Shown here: one piece after another, positions 1 through 9,569 of the stretch
How positions within the stretch are numbered: position 1 is the stretch's first letter
Layout of the letters: each line of letters starts with the position of its first letter
Origin: Escherichia phage vB_EcoM_FT
Length of the DNA stretch: 64,000 bases
Sequence record: MT682710.1
Direction: 5' to 3' (one strand)
Translations under genes and position numbers: made by a program
Notes under the pieces: generated by a model
Told to the model about the DNA's origin: nothing
The model's input: only the letters and a program-made list of their open reading frames with translations
Database searches by the model: none

Positions 1-1796
1 ACCATCAATCCACGCGGTAGAATAACTTCAGCTTCTGTTGCTATTCCGAGACTTCCTGGATATACAACATTAACTTTATGAGCTCCATCAATTGCCCATC
101 CTATTTGAACTTTAACGTATTCAGGATTTTCTTTATACGCTCTTATTTCGTTTGGATTAATAGTTATTCCTTCTTCATTTTTATCAACTGTTAATTCATT
201 GCGAGCTTCTGGTTCTAAAAGACCAATACCAGCATGTGTGATTCCAAAACGTCCAAAAATGATAGGAGTTAAAGAAGTAGATACAAAATTTCTGAAGTAG
301 AACACTTTATTTTTAACTAACGCTTCATATATAGGAGCAGTCATACTTTGAGCACGATAAACTGTAATGCCTTCTGGTATACGGTCACCATTTTCAAAAG
401 CTGAATCTAAGTTATTTATAGCAGATTCAATTTCTTTTTCACTCATTACATCATATCGTTCTGGATTGTAACGACCTAAAAGAAGATTATTGATGTCAGT
501 ATATCCTGAACCACAATATTCTCTAATGCCGCGCTTTTGTGATGGAGTATATTTAGAACCATCACGGGTAATAGTAATATCAATCATTGGACCAGCACCA
601 ATTCCAGAAAAACTGTAAATCATTCGTTTGAGGAATTTAGTTTTTGCTGCGTTCCAGGAATTTTTAGTTATTTCTTCCCAGACTTCATCTGGTTGTCCTT
701 TACGATTTTTATTATGATTAGCAAGCCATTTATCTTTATAATCTTCAAAGAATTGATTTACAGCTGCTGCGTATTTCTCTAAACATTTTATTGAAGTAGT
801 TGGTTCATTTTTAATTGCATTAAAAATTACTTCTTTAATTTTTTCTGAAACTTCACCGACTTGACTCATTGGAAAGAATTTATAATCATAGTGAAGTTCA
901 TCTGCCGTTCCTTCAGCAATAATTTTTGCTGCCTTTGTTTTAGAAGCTAATGAATTAATTCCAATTTTCATTTCTTCTGCTTCGGGAATTAAAGGTGCAG
1001 TAGCTGGTTTATTAAAATTAGCTGCTGTAGATTCATACTTCTGGAATAATTCACTTTCAAATCTAGAAGATTCCAATGACTGACTTTGTGCAATTGCTCT
1101 ACGGGAAATTTTAACTTTAACGATTACGGCTTGGTCAGAACGTTTATCATTTTCTTGTGCAATAGATGCTGCAATTGCCTCATTTTTAGTTACTTGGGCT
1201 CCAGTATCTTTATTGATATAAACATCGCCGACTTTCGATTCAACTTTAGTAAAGAGTTCAGTGCTAATTTCTGGAACTCCTGGAATGTTTTCTAGTGATA
1301 CATTTTTACGATGTATAAGAATATATGCATACTTTTTATCGTAATCCCAGAGTTCCTTAAGAAGGACGTATCTGCCACCTGAACGACTACGGATAAGTCT
1401 ATCAGCAATAACTTGAATTTGCCGAGCTTGACCAGCGGTTTTAGACTTAAGAATACGAAGCATGCAGGCATCAATTTTATATTGACGCATAGTTTGCATT
1501 GCAACAGTAAAAACTGAATTGATATAATTAATTGGGCTTGGACCAAGACCTTTTAATTTAGCAATTGAACCTTTAGCAGTTAATGTAAAAGGAACAATAT
1601 GCATCATTTTATCGCCCATCTTTAAATCGCGATTAGTATCACCTCCAGATGTATAGGTACATAAACGAAAGCCTGGTTGTTCAATTGCGTCATCGACATG
1701 AACTGAAAAAATTTGTGGTATTTTCTTCTTTGGATTTAAGTTTGTAATCGGAAGAGTAGTATCTTCGTCAAATAATTCTGTAATAAGTTCCATCAT
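1..1796 (-). CDS. alt: ADP-ribosyltransferase Alt, N-terminal part (3' end runs off window start)
   Basis: Own translation from ATG at 1796 gives MMELITELFDEDTTLPITN..., matching recalled T4 Alt N-terminus; no stop before position 1; SD GAGAGG and late-promoter motif upstream. Confidence 0.85.
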   Translation of the reverse strand, partial: MMELITELFDEDTTLPITNLNPKKKIPQIFSVHVDDAIEQPGFRLCTYTSGGDTNRDLKMGDKMMHIVPFTLTAKGSIAKLKGLGPSPINYINSVFTVAMQTMRQYKIDACMLRILKSKTAGQARQIQVIADRLIRSRSGGRYVLLKELWDYDKKYAYILIHRKNVSLENIPGVPEISTELFTKVESKVGDVYINKDTGAQVTKNEAIAASIAQENDKRSDQAVIVKVKISRRAIAQSQSLESSRFESELFQKYESTAANFNKPATAPLIPEAEEMKIGINSLASKTKAAKIIAEGTADELHYDYKFFPMSQVGEVSEKIKEVIFNAIKNEPTTSIKCLEKYAAAVNQFFEDYKDKWLANHNKNRKGQPDEVWEEITKNSWNAAKTKFLKRMIYSFSGIGAGPMIDITITRDGSKYTPSQKRGIREYCGSGYTDINNLLLGRYNPERYDVMSEKEIESAINNLDSAFENGDRIPEGITVYRAQSMTAPIYEALVKNKVFYFRNFVSTSLTPIIFGRFGITHAGIGLLEPEARNELTVDKNEEGITINPNEIRAYKENPEYVKVQIGWAIDGAHKVNVVYPGSLGIATEAEVILPRGLM

Positions 1797-1816
1797 AGCC
1801 TCTCTAGTGTTTATTC

Positions 1817-1824
1817 TATTTATA
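1817..1824 (-). promoter_or_regulatory. T4-type late promoter (TATAAATA) upstream of alt
   Basis: Plus-strand tatttata = TATAAATA on minus strand, about 20 nt upstream of alt ATG. Confidence 0.6.
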
Positions 1825-1832
1825 AAATTAAA

Positions 1833-1844
1833 GGCCCGAAGGCC
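1833..1844 (-). terminator. GC hairpin with UUCG-type loop between ligase-distal ORF and alt
   Basis: ggcccgaaggcc inverted repeat flanked by A/T runs on both sides. Confidence 0.55.
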
Positions 1845-1845
1845 T

Positions 1846-2034
1846 TTAGTAATCTAGTGGTAAGAGAGTACGATATATTTCAAACTTTGGTCCTTTTTCA
1901 TAGGCATCAAATGTTTCTGTAAATTTATTATAAGCGTATGCATCTACAAATTCGAGAATGACTTGTGATACAGAAGTAGAAACATCTCCACCTTCTTTTT
2001 GAGCAATGACAATTGTTTCTAAGTAAGCTTTCAT
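1846..2034 (-). CDS. hypothetical small protein (62 aa) downstream of ligase
   Basis: ORF track; start overlaps ligase stop. Confidence 0.5.
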   Translation of the reverse strand: MKAYLETIVIAQKEGGDVSTSVSQVILEFVDAYAYNKFTETFDAYEKGPKFEIYRTLLPLDY

Positions 2035-3494
2035 AAACCAGTTACCTCATGAAAATTACCAAATACATCCTCGAATGTATTAGCTTTAGTTTTATCTTCA
2101 CGCAAACGAATCGCAATCGGAAGAAATAATTTAACGTAATCAGTGCGGCCATCAGATTTTAACCAACCGTTGCATTCGCACTCTAGAATTTTTCCAATAT
2201 AATAATTTTGGTTTTCCATAATGCGAGTACGGTCAAGTTCATGCGATTTTACACCAGCTTTATCTTTTAAGCCTGAACCAGCATTTACTTTAATTTTTCC
2301 ACACTCTGACTCAAGAATAAATCCACCCGCTTTAGTAGGGTCTTTACGGTGAGGATAAATTCCTACAATTTTTAAATCAACATCAATTACTTCTTTAAAT
2401 TTATAAAGATTTTTTGAACGAGCATTTTCCCATAATCCATCGATATTTTTGAGAATAATACCTTCAAAACCTTGGTCAATATACTTTTTGTAAATTACCT
2501 TAGCTTCATCTAGGTTATTTACTACTTGGTTTTCAATTAAAATTACTTTATCATAGCCTGATGTCATTTGTTCTAGTTTAGAAAAACGTACATCATATTT
2601 TAAACGAAATGCTGGAAGACCATATATTTCTACTAATGGAACATAATCCCAGACCTGAAACTTCATGCATTGTGCTTCTTTTTCAGAAATGGTTCCCTTT
2701 AAAGATTTATTGGCGATGCCATTAGATGCAGTACGTGATTCAGCTACTTCGGCGAATTCTTTAGCTTTACTAATTTCGGGATAAGCATCAAAAAGAAAAT
2801 CTAGGCCTTCTGGTTCCTTTTCAACTTGCTCATGGTATACCAATTCGCCATCAATTAACACACCTTCTGGATGAATCTGGCGGGCTTCAGCAGTCATTTT
2901 GATTAACTCTTCCTTAAGAAGATCTAATCCTAGATATTCATTGCCAGCTCGTGATAAAAGACGAACATCATCTAATTCATCACCTCTGACTTCGGCAAAG
3001 CACCGAGCTCCATCAGCTTTTAACTGGGCAAAAGCTGGAAATTTGATATTCTTATTAATGCCTTTTTCATCATAAGAACTTGCCAGCATTTGAGGTTGTT
3101 CAGGAATTAAACCTGGCCAAACTTTGTTTGCAATAGATACTGATGCACCGCATTCAAGGTCTCGCATCATCACCCGACGCAAAACTTCAACATCATCTTT
3201 TTTACCGTCAGTAATATATCCAGTTAATTCCTCAATTGCCGCATTTCCGGTCAATTTCCGAGTAGCTAACGTGAATTCAATGAAGTCAAGCATATCGGTA
3301 AGAGTCAACATTCCAAAACTCTGTGTAGCAATACCCGGTTTAGGCCATTTCTTGATATAATACTGTAACCCACGAGAATAAGTCAGACGATATACTCGTT
3401 TAAGCAATTCATTATCTTTATTCTTTTCAAGAATTGCTTGCTTCTGCTTAGTTGAACCAATAGATGCTATTTCGTTCAGAATTTTAAGAATCAT
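2031..3494 (-). CDS. 30: ATP-dependent DNA ligase
   Basis: 487 aa, KADGAR adenylation motif, near-identical to recalled T4 DNA ligase. Confidence 0.97.
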   Translation of the reverse strand: MILKILNEIASIGSTKQKQAILEKNKDNELLKRVYRLTYSRGLQYYIKKWPKPGIATQSFGMLTLTDMLDFIEFTLATRKLTGNAAIEELTGYITDGKKDDVEVLRRVMMRDLECGASVSIANKVWPGLIPEQPQMLASSYDEKGINKNIKFPAFAQLKADGARCFAEVRGDELDDVRLLSRAGNEYLGLDLLKEELIKMTAEARQIHPEGVLIDGELVYHEQVEKEPEGLDFLFDAYPEISKAKEFAEVAESRTASNGIANKSLKGTISEKEAQCMKFQVWDYVPLVEIYGLPAFRLKYDVRFSKLEQMTSGYDKVILIENQVVNNLDEAKVIYKKYIDQGFEGIILKNIDGLWENARSKNLYKFKEVIDVDLKIVGIYPHRKDPTKAGGFILESECGKIKVNAGSGLKDKAGVKSHELDRTRIMENQNYYIGKILECECNGWLKSDGRTDYVKLFLPIAIRLREDKTKANTFEDVFGNFHEVTGL

Positions 3495-3760
3495 TGTTCA
3501 TCCTTTAGAGTTTGGTTTACAGCTCTATTATAAATCAATTCATCATTAAGCTCAGTCAAAGACCTGTGGTACGTGGTTCTAACTTTATTTCCTTGCATCC
3601 AGTGCTTGACGTAAATGAAACCTTGCTCTACACATTTTTTAAAAATTCGTTCGTCTTTTTGAGCTCGGAATTCTGGATTGCATCTAAAAAATTGATTTAC
3701 GTGACCGTAATCACGTGTAGTATTACCTTCATTTTCATAAATAGTGTGAACAACAAACAT
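3491..3760 (-). CDS. hypothetical protein (T4 30.1 position)
   Basis: ORF track, 89 aa, start/stop overlap with neighbours. Confidence 0.6.
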   Translation of the reverse strand: MFVVHTIYENEGNTTRDYGHVNQFFRCNPEFRAQKDERIFKKCVEQGFIYVKHWMQGNKVRTTYHRSLTELNDELIYNRAVNQTLKDEQ

Positions 3761-4614
3761 TAGAATGCTCCTTGGAAAATATTATCACCACTACCACTAG
3801 TAAGTCTATTAAAATACCCTGCATCGCCAGGCTTAATATAACTCCACGTATGGAATGGATGCATCTGATGTGAGTGTGTATAATATGGATGATATGGATT
3901 ATAAGGATTTAATCCAGGAGTTCTCCAGGTAGTATTCCAACGAAAAGAATCGTTTTTGATCATCTTCTCAATTACATCTTTTATAACTTTTTCACTATCA
4001 AAACTTTCTTTATTTTCCTTCGATGGAAAAAGCTTATTCTCTACATCATTCCATGTATAAACTCGCTGTGCAGTTTTTGGAATACTGTCACGCTCTCCTC
4101 GAGCCATCCAATAAACTGGAACATTTAATATTTCACTCGCATGATCGCAATGGTGAGCGAGATCGTCAATATAACAAATTACGTTATATTTCTCTTTTGC
4201 CTTTTTGAACAACTCTTCTTTTGAAGAATCATGGCCACACATCAATACTTCTGAGAAGGCACCAGGAAAAAGAGCATTCAAATTAAATTGACGATTCAGC
4301 AGAGCGTCAATAGAATCACCCAATGCTGTAACAGCTACAAAATTATAATCTTCTTTTAATTTATTAATTACACACAGGGCATCTTTATATGGAGACAAGT
4401 AACGAATAAAATCTGAACGATTATATTTTTCAATTAACTTGACACCAAGTTCTTCATCGCAATTAAAGAGCTTACCAGGAGAAATAAATTTTTCATCTTG
4501 GATCATTTTTAAAATATGTTCCAACGGAAGATTATATTTTTGGGCAAAATAAGGAAGGCCGGATTGCCAGCTTAAACACACCCCGTCAATATCAGTCAAA
4601 ATAGTAGGCTTCAT
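3760..4614 (-). CDS. HAD-superfamily phosphatase-like protein (T4 30.2 position)
   Basis: 284 aa; N-terminal LTDIDGV resembles HAD motif I (DxD). Confidence 0.65.
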   Translation of the reverse strand: MKPTILTDIDGVCLSWQSGLPYFAQKYNLPLEHILKMIQDEKFISPGKLFNCDEELGVKLIEKYNRSDFIRYLSPYKDALCVINKLKEDYNFVAVTALGDSIDALLNRQFNLNALFPGAFSEVLMCGHDSSKEELFKKAKEKYNVICYIDDLAHHCDHASEILNVPVYWMARGERDSIPKTAQRVYTWNDVENKLFPSKENKESFDSEKVIKDVIEKMIKNDSFRWNTTWRTPGLNPYNPYHPYYTHSHQMHPFHTWSYIKPGDAGYFNRLTSGSGDNIFQGAF

Positions 4615-5075
4615 AGAGAGTCTCTTAATAGGTTTAACACATCAATAAATTCAGCTTCGGTTAGTATTGTATCATCTTTTGTTAGACCACTAGCCATGCT
4701 GTGCTTCAAAACTTTTCCTTTTGAGGCTTGTAAGGCATCACGAAACCCCTTGTTTTGAATCGCTGCTTCAAAATATGCATTTGTATACAACTCTTTCCAC
4801 GCTGGGGAGTATCTTGAAAATGGAACTCCCAGCCAGAAGAGGGTCCCACGGTCCTGAGCTCTAGCATAAGACCTTCCAGCTTGTTGGGCGGCAATCCCGG
4901 ATAACCCAAATATACGACGTTGTTGTTCAGCATTTTTCACCTTGCATCCTTGGAGGAATCCTTCAAGACCTCCGAATTGAATACCATCCATGACGAAAGG
5001 CCATTGGGCGAAATTACTTAATGCACACGATGGCCATCTAAAATTGCTTCTAATCTCTAACTCAGACATTTTCAA
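4611..5075 (-). CDS. NADAR/YbiA-like domain protein (T4 30.3 position)
   Basis: 154 aa; sequence character resembles YbiA/NADAR (DUF1768) proteins. Confidence 0.6.
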   Translation of the reverse strand: MKMSELEIRSNFRWPSCALSNFAQWPFVMDGIQFGGLEGFLQGCKVKNAEQQRRIFGLSGIAAQQAGRSYARAQDRGTLFWLGVPFSRYSPAWKELYTNAYFEAAIQNKGFRDALQASKGKVLKHSMASGLTKDDTILTEAEFIDVLNLLRDSL

Positions 5076-5268
5076 TACTTATAATTTCAACATCAGCCCA
5101 ATGACCATAGCAAGGAAGACGAAATTCAACTGGCCAGTTAGGGTCCTTTTCTAATATAATAGACTTAACTTGTGGTTCTTCATGTTCATCAGTATATGGA
5201 TTTTTATCTGTTACTTTATATGTGACCTTAATGTACTGAATTCCAAAAATCTTATTAATTATATTCAT
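5062..5268 (-). CDS. hypothetical protein
   Basis: ORF track, 68 aa, tightly packed in operon. Confidence 0.5.
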   Translation of the reverse strand: MNIINKIFGIQYIKVTYKVTDKNPYTDEHEEPQVKSIILEKDPNWPVEFRLPCYGHWADVEIISIENV

Positions 5269-5462
5269 ACTAATTCCTTTAATCCGTAAATAGGAGATAA
5301 TTCATCACCCATACGAAGGTCTTCATTTCCATCTACCCAGGAAACAATATAAGCCTCTTTTATTTGAATACCACTCCATTTAAATGGAGGTAGAACCTTA
5401 GAAATTAATCCAGGTATACCAACTCCCTTTAATTCAACAGTTTGACCTAAAAAGAATTTCAT
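5265..5462 (-). CDS. hypothetical protein
   Basis: ORF track, 65 aa, start overlaps upstream stop. Confidence 0.5.
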   Translation of the reverse strand: MKFFLGQTVELKGVGIPGLISKVLPPFKWSGIQIKEAYIVSWVDGNEDLRMGDELSPIYGLKELV

Positions 5463-5782
5463 TAGAACCTCATCTGAAAACCATGCGATTTAACATTACC
5501 ACCGCCAATATCAGAAATGTTAATTTCACTCGCAATCGAAGGATCGATGTCAATTTCGCGATTGAGTTTAGTGATAGCTAAAGTATCACGCCCATTTACT
5601 GTACGGAATTCTAAAGGACAAACCACATCAACGTAATTTTTAATCGATTCACTGGTAGGTTGCAAATGAGCAGGAAGGTCTTTGGGCGCCTTTGAGAAAA
5701 CCACTTCACAGAAATTTTTACGGGTATCAAAATAAGTAGTCATAAACATGGTATTTTCCTCAGTAAGGGGCCGAAGCCCCAT
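5462..5782 (-). CDS. hypothetical protein
   Basis: ORF track, 106 aa; start codon immediately followed by GGGGCUUCGGCCCC hairpin. Confidence 0.55.
   Translation of the reverse strand: MGLRPLTEENTMFMTTYFDTRKNFCEVVFSKAPKDLPAHLQPTSESIKNYVDVVCPLEFRTVNGRDTLAITKLNREIDIDPSIASEINISDIGGGNVKSHGFQMRF
5767..5780 (-). other. C(UUCG)G hairpin at 5' end of the ORF starting at 5782
   Basis: ggggccgaagcccc inverted repeat directly 3' of the AUG on the mRNA strand. Confidence 0.55.
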
Positions 5783-5788
5783 TTTATT

Positions 5789-6154
5789 TTAAATATCAAA
5801 TTCATTAAGAACTACATCAAAGATTGCTTCGAGATGTTCAGGTTTAGCTCTGTTACTCAGAATATGACGAATCCAAGTTTTAACCAAAAGCTTGCGATTA
5901 GCACCATTCCAACAAGGATGAGTCCCTAAATCGCGTTGACGAAAATCATCATCCAGAGCGATTTTAAAGTTGGAACCTTCCATTGTGATTGAAACCGTGA
6001 TGCCATTTTCAAATCGCATATAAACGTAATTAGGAGTCATATACTGTTCAATTTCGCATACTGATCCATTTTGATGTTTCCAAAGGCAAATAGTATCAAT
6101 AGAACCTGCAATACCATTAGAAACATATTTACGTTCAAAGTTGATGTAGTTCAT
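5789..6154 (-). CDS. hypothetical protein
   Basis: ORF track, 121 aa. Confidence 0.55.
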   Translation of the reverse strand: MNYINFERKYVSNGIAGSIDTICLWKHQNGSVCEIEQYMTPNYVYMRFENGITVSITMEGSNFKIALDDDFRQRDLGTHPCWNGANRKLLVKTWIRHILSNRAKPEHLEAIFDVVLNEFDI

Positions 6155-6191
6155 TTTTATTCTCCAAGATGTTTAATTGCGGTACAGGTAT

Positions 6192-6220
6192 ATAATATCA
6201 TATCCTGTACCAAAGTAAAC
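6192..6220 (-). promoter_or_regulatory. T4-type early promoter
   Basis: minus-strand GTTTAC, 17 bp, TATTAT upstream of ORF starting 6154. Confidence 0.5.
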
Positions 6221-6222
6221 AA

Positions 6223-6555
6223 TTATTTTACTACTTTCCAATGCTGCATGTCAAGTTTACCAACTTTTTTCATCTTCTCAATTAAGCGTTCTGCACGTTG
6301 GCGAGCTGTAACATAATGCCATTCGCCTAATTCATTTTGTTCAATTTTTCCAACGATTACTGTATTCAATTCATAAATCCAACCAGTAAAGAAATTATGA
6401 ACTTGAATTGTAAAGGTGAAATCTGTTCCCATACCTTCTGTTGTTTCTACTTCAATAATATCACCTTCAACTGCCATTAAGAACCACATAGTTTCGTTAT
6501 ATTCACCATTGAAGCATTTAGCTTTAACTGCAGCGTTCAGATTAATCGTTTTCAT
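6223..6555 (-). CDS. hypothetical protein
   Basis: ORF track, 110 aa. Confidence 0.55.
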   Translation of the reverse strand: MKTINLNAAVKAKCFNGEYNETMWFLMAVEGDIIEVETTEGMGTDFTFTIQVHNFFTGWIYELNTVIVGKIEQNELGEWHYVTARQRAERLIEKMKKVGKLDMQHWKVVK

Positions 6556-6642
6556 TTTATTCTCCTTTGTTTGTGTAAGATAATACTATCACAAAGGAAC
6601 CATACTGTAAACAACTTTATGCAATCTTTGGAAAATAAAAAA

Positions 6643-6660
6643 GGACTCCCGAAGGAGTCC
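6643..6660 (-). terminator. intrinsic terminator hairpin (UUCG loop) followed by U-run
   Basis: ggactcc-cgaa-ggagtcc with A-run on plus strand (U-run on mRNA); identical 24-mer recurs at 59437-59460. Confidence 0.65.
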
Positions 6661-6665
6661 TCAAC

Positions 6666-6842
6666 TTATGCTTTCTGCTTACCAAAACGAGAAGCATCAT
6701 CTCGAAGAACCGCACGTGCTCGGCGCATGATCTTCTCAACAGTTTGATTGATACGAGAGTTCGACCCACGCTTGTAGCCAGCGCGTTTAGAATCACCAAC
6801 TTTCTTTTCAACTGCTTTCTTTGCTTTAACTTGTTTTGCCAT
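6666..6842 (-). CDS. small highly basic protein (58 aa; T4 30.9 position)
   Basis: Internal Met of 72-aa track ORF chosen; MAKQVKAKKAVEKK..., Lys/Arg-rich. Confidence 0.5.
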   Translation of the reverse strand: MAKQVKAKKAVEKKVGDSKRAGYKRGSNSRINQTVEKIMRRARAVLRDDASRFGKQKA

Positions 6843-7086
6843 TATAAATTCTCTTTTAAATGAAAATGCAGGACTTATTGGCATTGCCTGCGAAAGCCCT
6901 CAAAGGGGTACTTAGGTTTTGAATATTTACCGACAGGATAACCATAAACCCGTCATCATTCACATTCAAGAGGTACACCATAAAACTGCCGGGGTCTTAA
7001 AACTATAATGATTCGCAAATCATTAATCAGACAGTTCGATGGCTCCTCGATTTTAGCTCACACTAAGGCAGTGAATCTCCAATAAA

Positions 7087-7335
7087 TTACTTCAGTGTTA
7101 CCACAAAGTGACGAACTGCTTTTCGTGCAGCAGAAGCCAGAGGCTTAGCATACTTAAGTTCATCTTTTTCCTGAAGCTCAGCGGCTAATGCAGTTTGAGC
7201 AGGATTTAGATGTTTGAAATAACGCAGGATTTCAAGAGCTTCGGCTTCAACATCAATAGATGCGCCATAGTTTTCGTGACCATTATTCCATGCGTTTCGT
7301 TGCAGTTCAAGAGCGTGTTGTAATTGTTTAATCAT
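7087..7335 (-). CDS. rIII: lysis-inhibition accessory protein rIII
   Basis: 82 aa, position between gene 30 block and gene 31, matches recalled T4 rIII. Confidence 0.85.
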   Translation of the reverse strand: MIKQLQHALELQRNAWNNGHENYGASIDVEAEALEILRYFKHLNPAQTALAAELQEKDELKYAKPLASAARKAVRHFVVTLK

Positions 7336-7482
7336 TTAAAAATTCTCGTTAGAGATTAAAACTCGGTAGTCACGTTCTTCTGAATTTCATCTTCTTTCGA
7401 CAGATCTCTCAGTTGTAGACTACCACATAGAATTGTTCGGTTAACTTATTATTCCGACACCCAATTCATATTATTATTTATA

Positions 7483-7818
7483 TCACTTATAAAGACACGG
7501 AATAGCTTTATAATGACAGGTAACGAATTTTTGTTTAATTTCTTTTGGCTGCTTAAGACCCAGAGCTACAAAAGGATGCGGAACGTTTCGAATTTGACCA
7601 ACTGGAAGAGAAGTCAAATCACCAACTTCGCAGAAACCTTCAGGAACATCAGGACCGACAGAGTGAATTACACACAGTTCAGGAACTTCACCTTGAACAC
7701 GTTTACCGATAATAAGTCCTGATTCTGTAACTTCTTCATCACCAGCCTGTGCAGGTTCAGAAACTAAAATAACATATTCACCGACAGCACGAATTGGTAG
7801 CTGTTGTACTTCAGACAT
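7483..7818 (-). CDS. 31: co-chaperonin gp31 (GroES analogue)
   Basis: 111 aa, matches recalled T4 gp31 sequence and length. Confidence 0.9.
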   Translation of the reverse strand: MSEVQQLPIRAVGEYVILVSEPAQAGDEEVTESGLIIGKRVQGEVPELCVIHSVGPDVPEGFCEVGDLTSLPVGQIRNVPHPFVALGLKQPKEIKQKFVTCHYKAIPCLYK

Positions 7819-7874
7819 CGTTTTTCCTTTTTGTTAATAGATGAATTAATAATAACAAATAATTCTTAAAGCAT

Positions 7875-8183
7875 TTATTTACCAATAAATTGGAGCAAAT
7901 GCTCAACTTTCATACCATTAACGGAAATCAATTTGTCAATAGAAAAACCTCGCCATGCGCCAAGTTCAACATCAAATACTGGAATCATGTCAGTAGATTC
8001 TTTCCGAGTAGATTCAGTCAATTTACCAGTTTGCATGGTTGGCATAAAGTCTGCATCACGAGTACCTTTCATAGTACGAATAGTACCATCAGACTTTTCA
8101 AAAACTACGTTTGAAACACCCATGGACAATTTAGTTTTCAAAATTTCGCGAATTGCTACTTTCTGCTCAGTTGTCAGTTTCAT
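7875..8183 (-). CDS. hypothetical protein (31.1 position)
   Basis: ORF track, 102 aa. Confidence 0.55.
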   Translation of the reverse strand: MKLTTEQKVAIREILKTKLSMGVSNVVFEKSDGTIRTMKGTRDADFMPTMQTGKLTESTRKESTDMIPVFDVELGAWRGFSIDKLISVNGMKVEHLLQFIGK

Positions 8184-8420
8184 TTATTTACCTATTACAG
8201 TTTTAATATGAGTTGTTCCACGTTCTTTAAGGGTGGAAAGTAATTTTTGGCATTTTTCTAAATCAGATTTCCAACTATATGGTCTATCAATACAAACCCA
8301 ATTTGTCTTATAATACTGTTTCCATTTAGAGAAAAAATATTTCTTATACTCTACAGCAAACGAGATGTTCTCATTAGAATAAGAACTAATTGCTGTGAGC
8401 TTTACCAAACGAAATTTCAT
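8184..8420 (-). CDS. hypothetical protein (31.2 position)
   Basis: ORF track, 78 aa. Confidence 0.55.
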   Translation of the reverse strand: MKFRLVKLTAISSYSNENISFAVEYKKYFFSKWKQYYKTNWVCIDRPYSWKSDLEKCQKLLSTLKERGTTHIKTVIGK

Positions 8421-9001
8421 TATTCACCACAGAATTCGTTGATATTTTCCCAGTTTAACTTATTCAAGTTTTTCTTAGGAACATTAAACACTTCAATACC
8501 TGCATTTCGCAGAATATCATCCCAGCCAGGTTTATTTTTATCGTATGTTTCGCAATAAACCAGCTTTTTAATACCAGATTGAGCTATTGCTTTTGCACAA
8601 TCTGGACAGGGAGAAAGTGTTACATACATAGTAGCACCTTCAATAGAAGAACCATTTCGTGCAGCAAACAAAATTGCATTTAGTTCAGCATGAATTTCAT
8701 TTTTAGACGACCATTCAGAGTGAGCGCTACGGTGTTCTTTCGCCAAGACAAAACGATCAGTTGAACCAAATGATACACATTCAGGCTTATGGCCTTGAAT
8801 GATAGTGTGTTTAGGCTTATTCAACAACCATCCTTGCTCAGCAGCATAATCACAACAGTTCACACCCCCTGCGGGGGAACCATTATATCCGGTAGAAATA
8901 ATACGTCCATTCTTTTCAATTACTGCTCCTACCTTCCAGGAGCAACACTTTGATTCTTGTGATACTAAATATGCAATTTGAAGTACTGTACTCGCTTTCA
9001 T
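8420..9001 (-). CDS. cd: dCMP deaminase
   Basis: 193 aa; HAE...PCxxC zinc-binding deaminase motifs. Confidence 0.93.
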   Translation of the reverse strand: MKASTVLQIAYLVSQESKCCSWKVGAVIEKNGRIISTGYNGSPAGGVNCCDYAAEQGWLLNKPKHTIIQGHKPECVSFGSTDRFVLAKEHRSAHSEWSSKNEIHAELNAILFAARNGSSIEGATMYVTLSPCPDCAKAIAQSGIKKLVYCETYDKNKPGWDDILRNAGIEVFNVPKKNLNKLNWENINEFCGE

Positions 9002-9336
9002 TTCATAATCACCAGATAAGCAGATTTAGCAGTTTCAACACGATAAATTTCGTGACGAAGTTTAGTTATACTTTTAATAACAGAACTAATTATATTCTGT
9101 CCGTCTTTAAAGCGGTTTTTCTTATCAATAAAAATTGCACCAACCATCTTTTTGTGAAGCTCAACTGGATACTTCGTCACAATAATAGCATCATACACAG
9201 AAGGATGAATACTATTTACTAGAGTGTCATTCATTAAAGTTATTCTAATGAACTGTGCTGTTTCAGAGTCAAGCGCTCTATGATCGCCAGTATCATTTTC
9301 AAGACAATTATCAATTATATCAGTTAAATTCATCAT
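8998..9336 (-). CDS. hypothetical protein
   Basis: ORF track, 112 aa. Confidence 0.55.
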   Translation of the reverse strand: MMNLTDIIDNCLENDTGDHRALDSETAQFIRITLMNDTLVNSIHPSVYDAIIVTKYPVELHKKMVGAIFIDKKNRFKDGQNIISSVIKSITKLRHEIYRVETAKSAYLVIMK

Positions 9337-9569
9337 AGTACGCCATACACCCTTTGTGCTTCAACTAATCCATCAAAATCCAATTTGAGATGTGTTATTT
9401 GGTCACCATCACCTGGATTCACAATTACTAATACTGAACGAGGAGTTTCGGTAATAACACGAACCGATGTTTCAGGAAATCGTTCAGAAACCTTATTTAC
9501 CAATTCCTGCGCAAATAGCTTAACTTTTTCTTGGAATTCTTTAACAGTAATTGGTTTTTCACTTAGCAT
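9333..9569 (-). CDS. hypothetical protein
   Basis: ORF track, 78 aa. Confidence 0.55.
   Translation of the reverse strand: MLSEKPITVKEFQEKVKLFAQELVNKVSERFPETSVRVITETPRSVLVIVNPGDGDQITHLKLDFDGLVEAQRVYGVL

Noticed and set aside
1086-1546. Track ORFs 1086-1295 (+) and 1292-1546 (-) as genes
   Set aside because: They lie inside the alt coding region in other frames; the real frame starts at 1796 and reads MMELITELFDEDTTLPITN.
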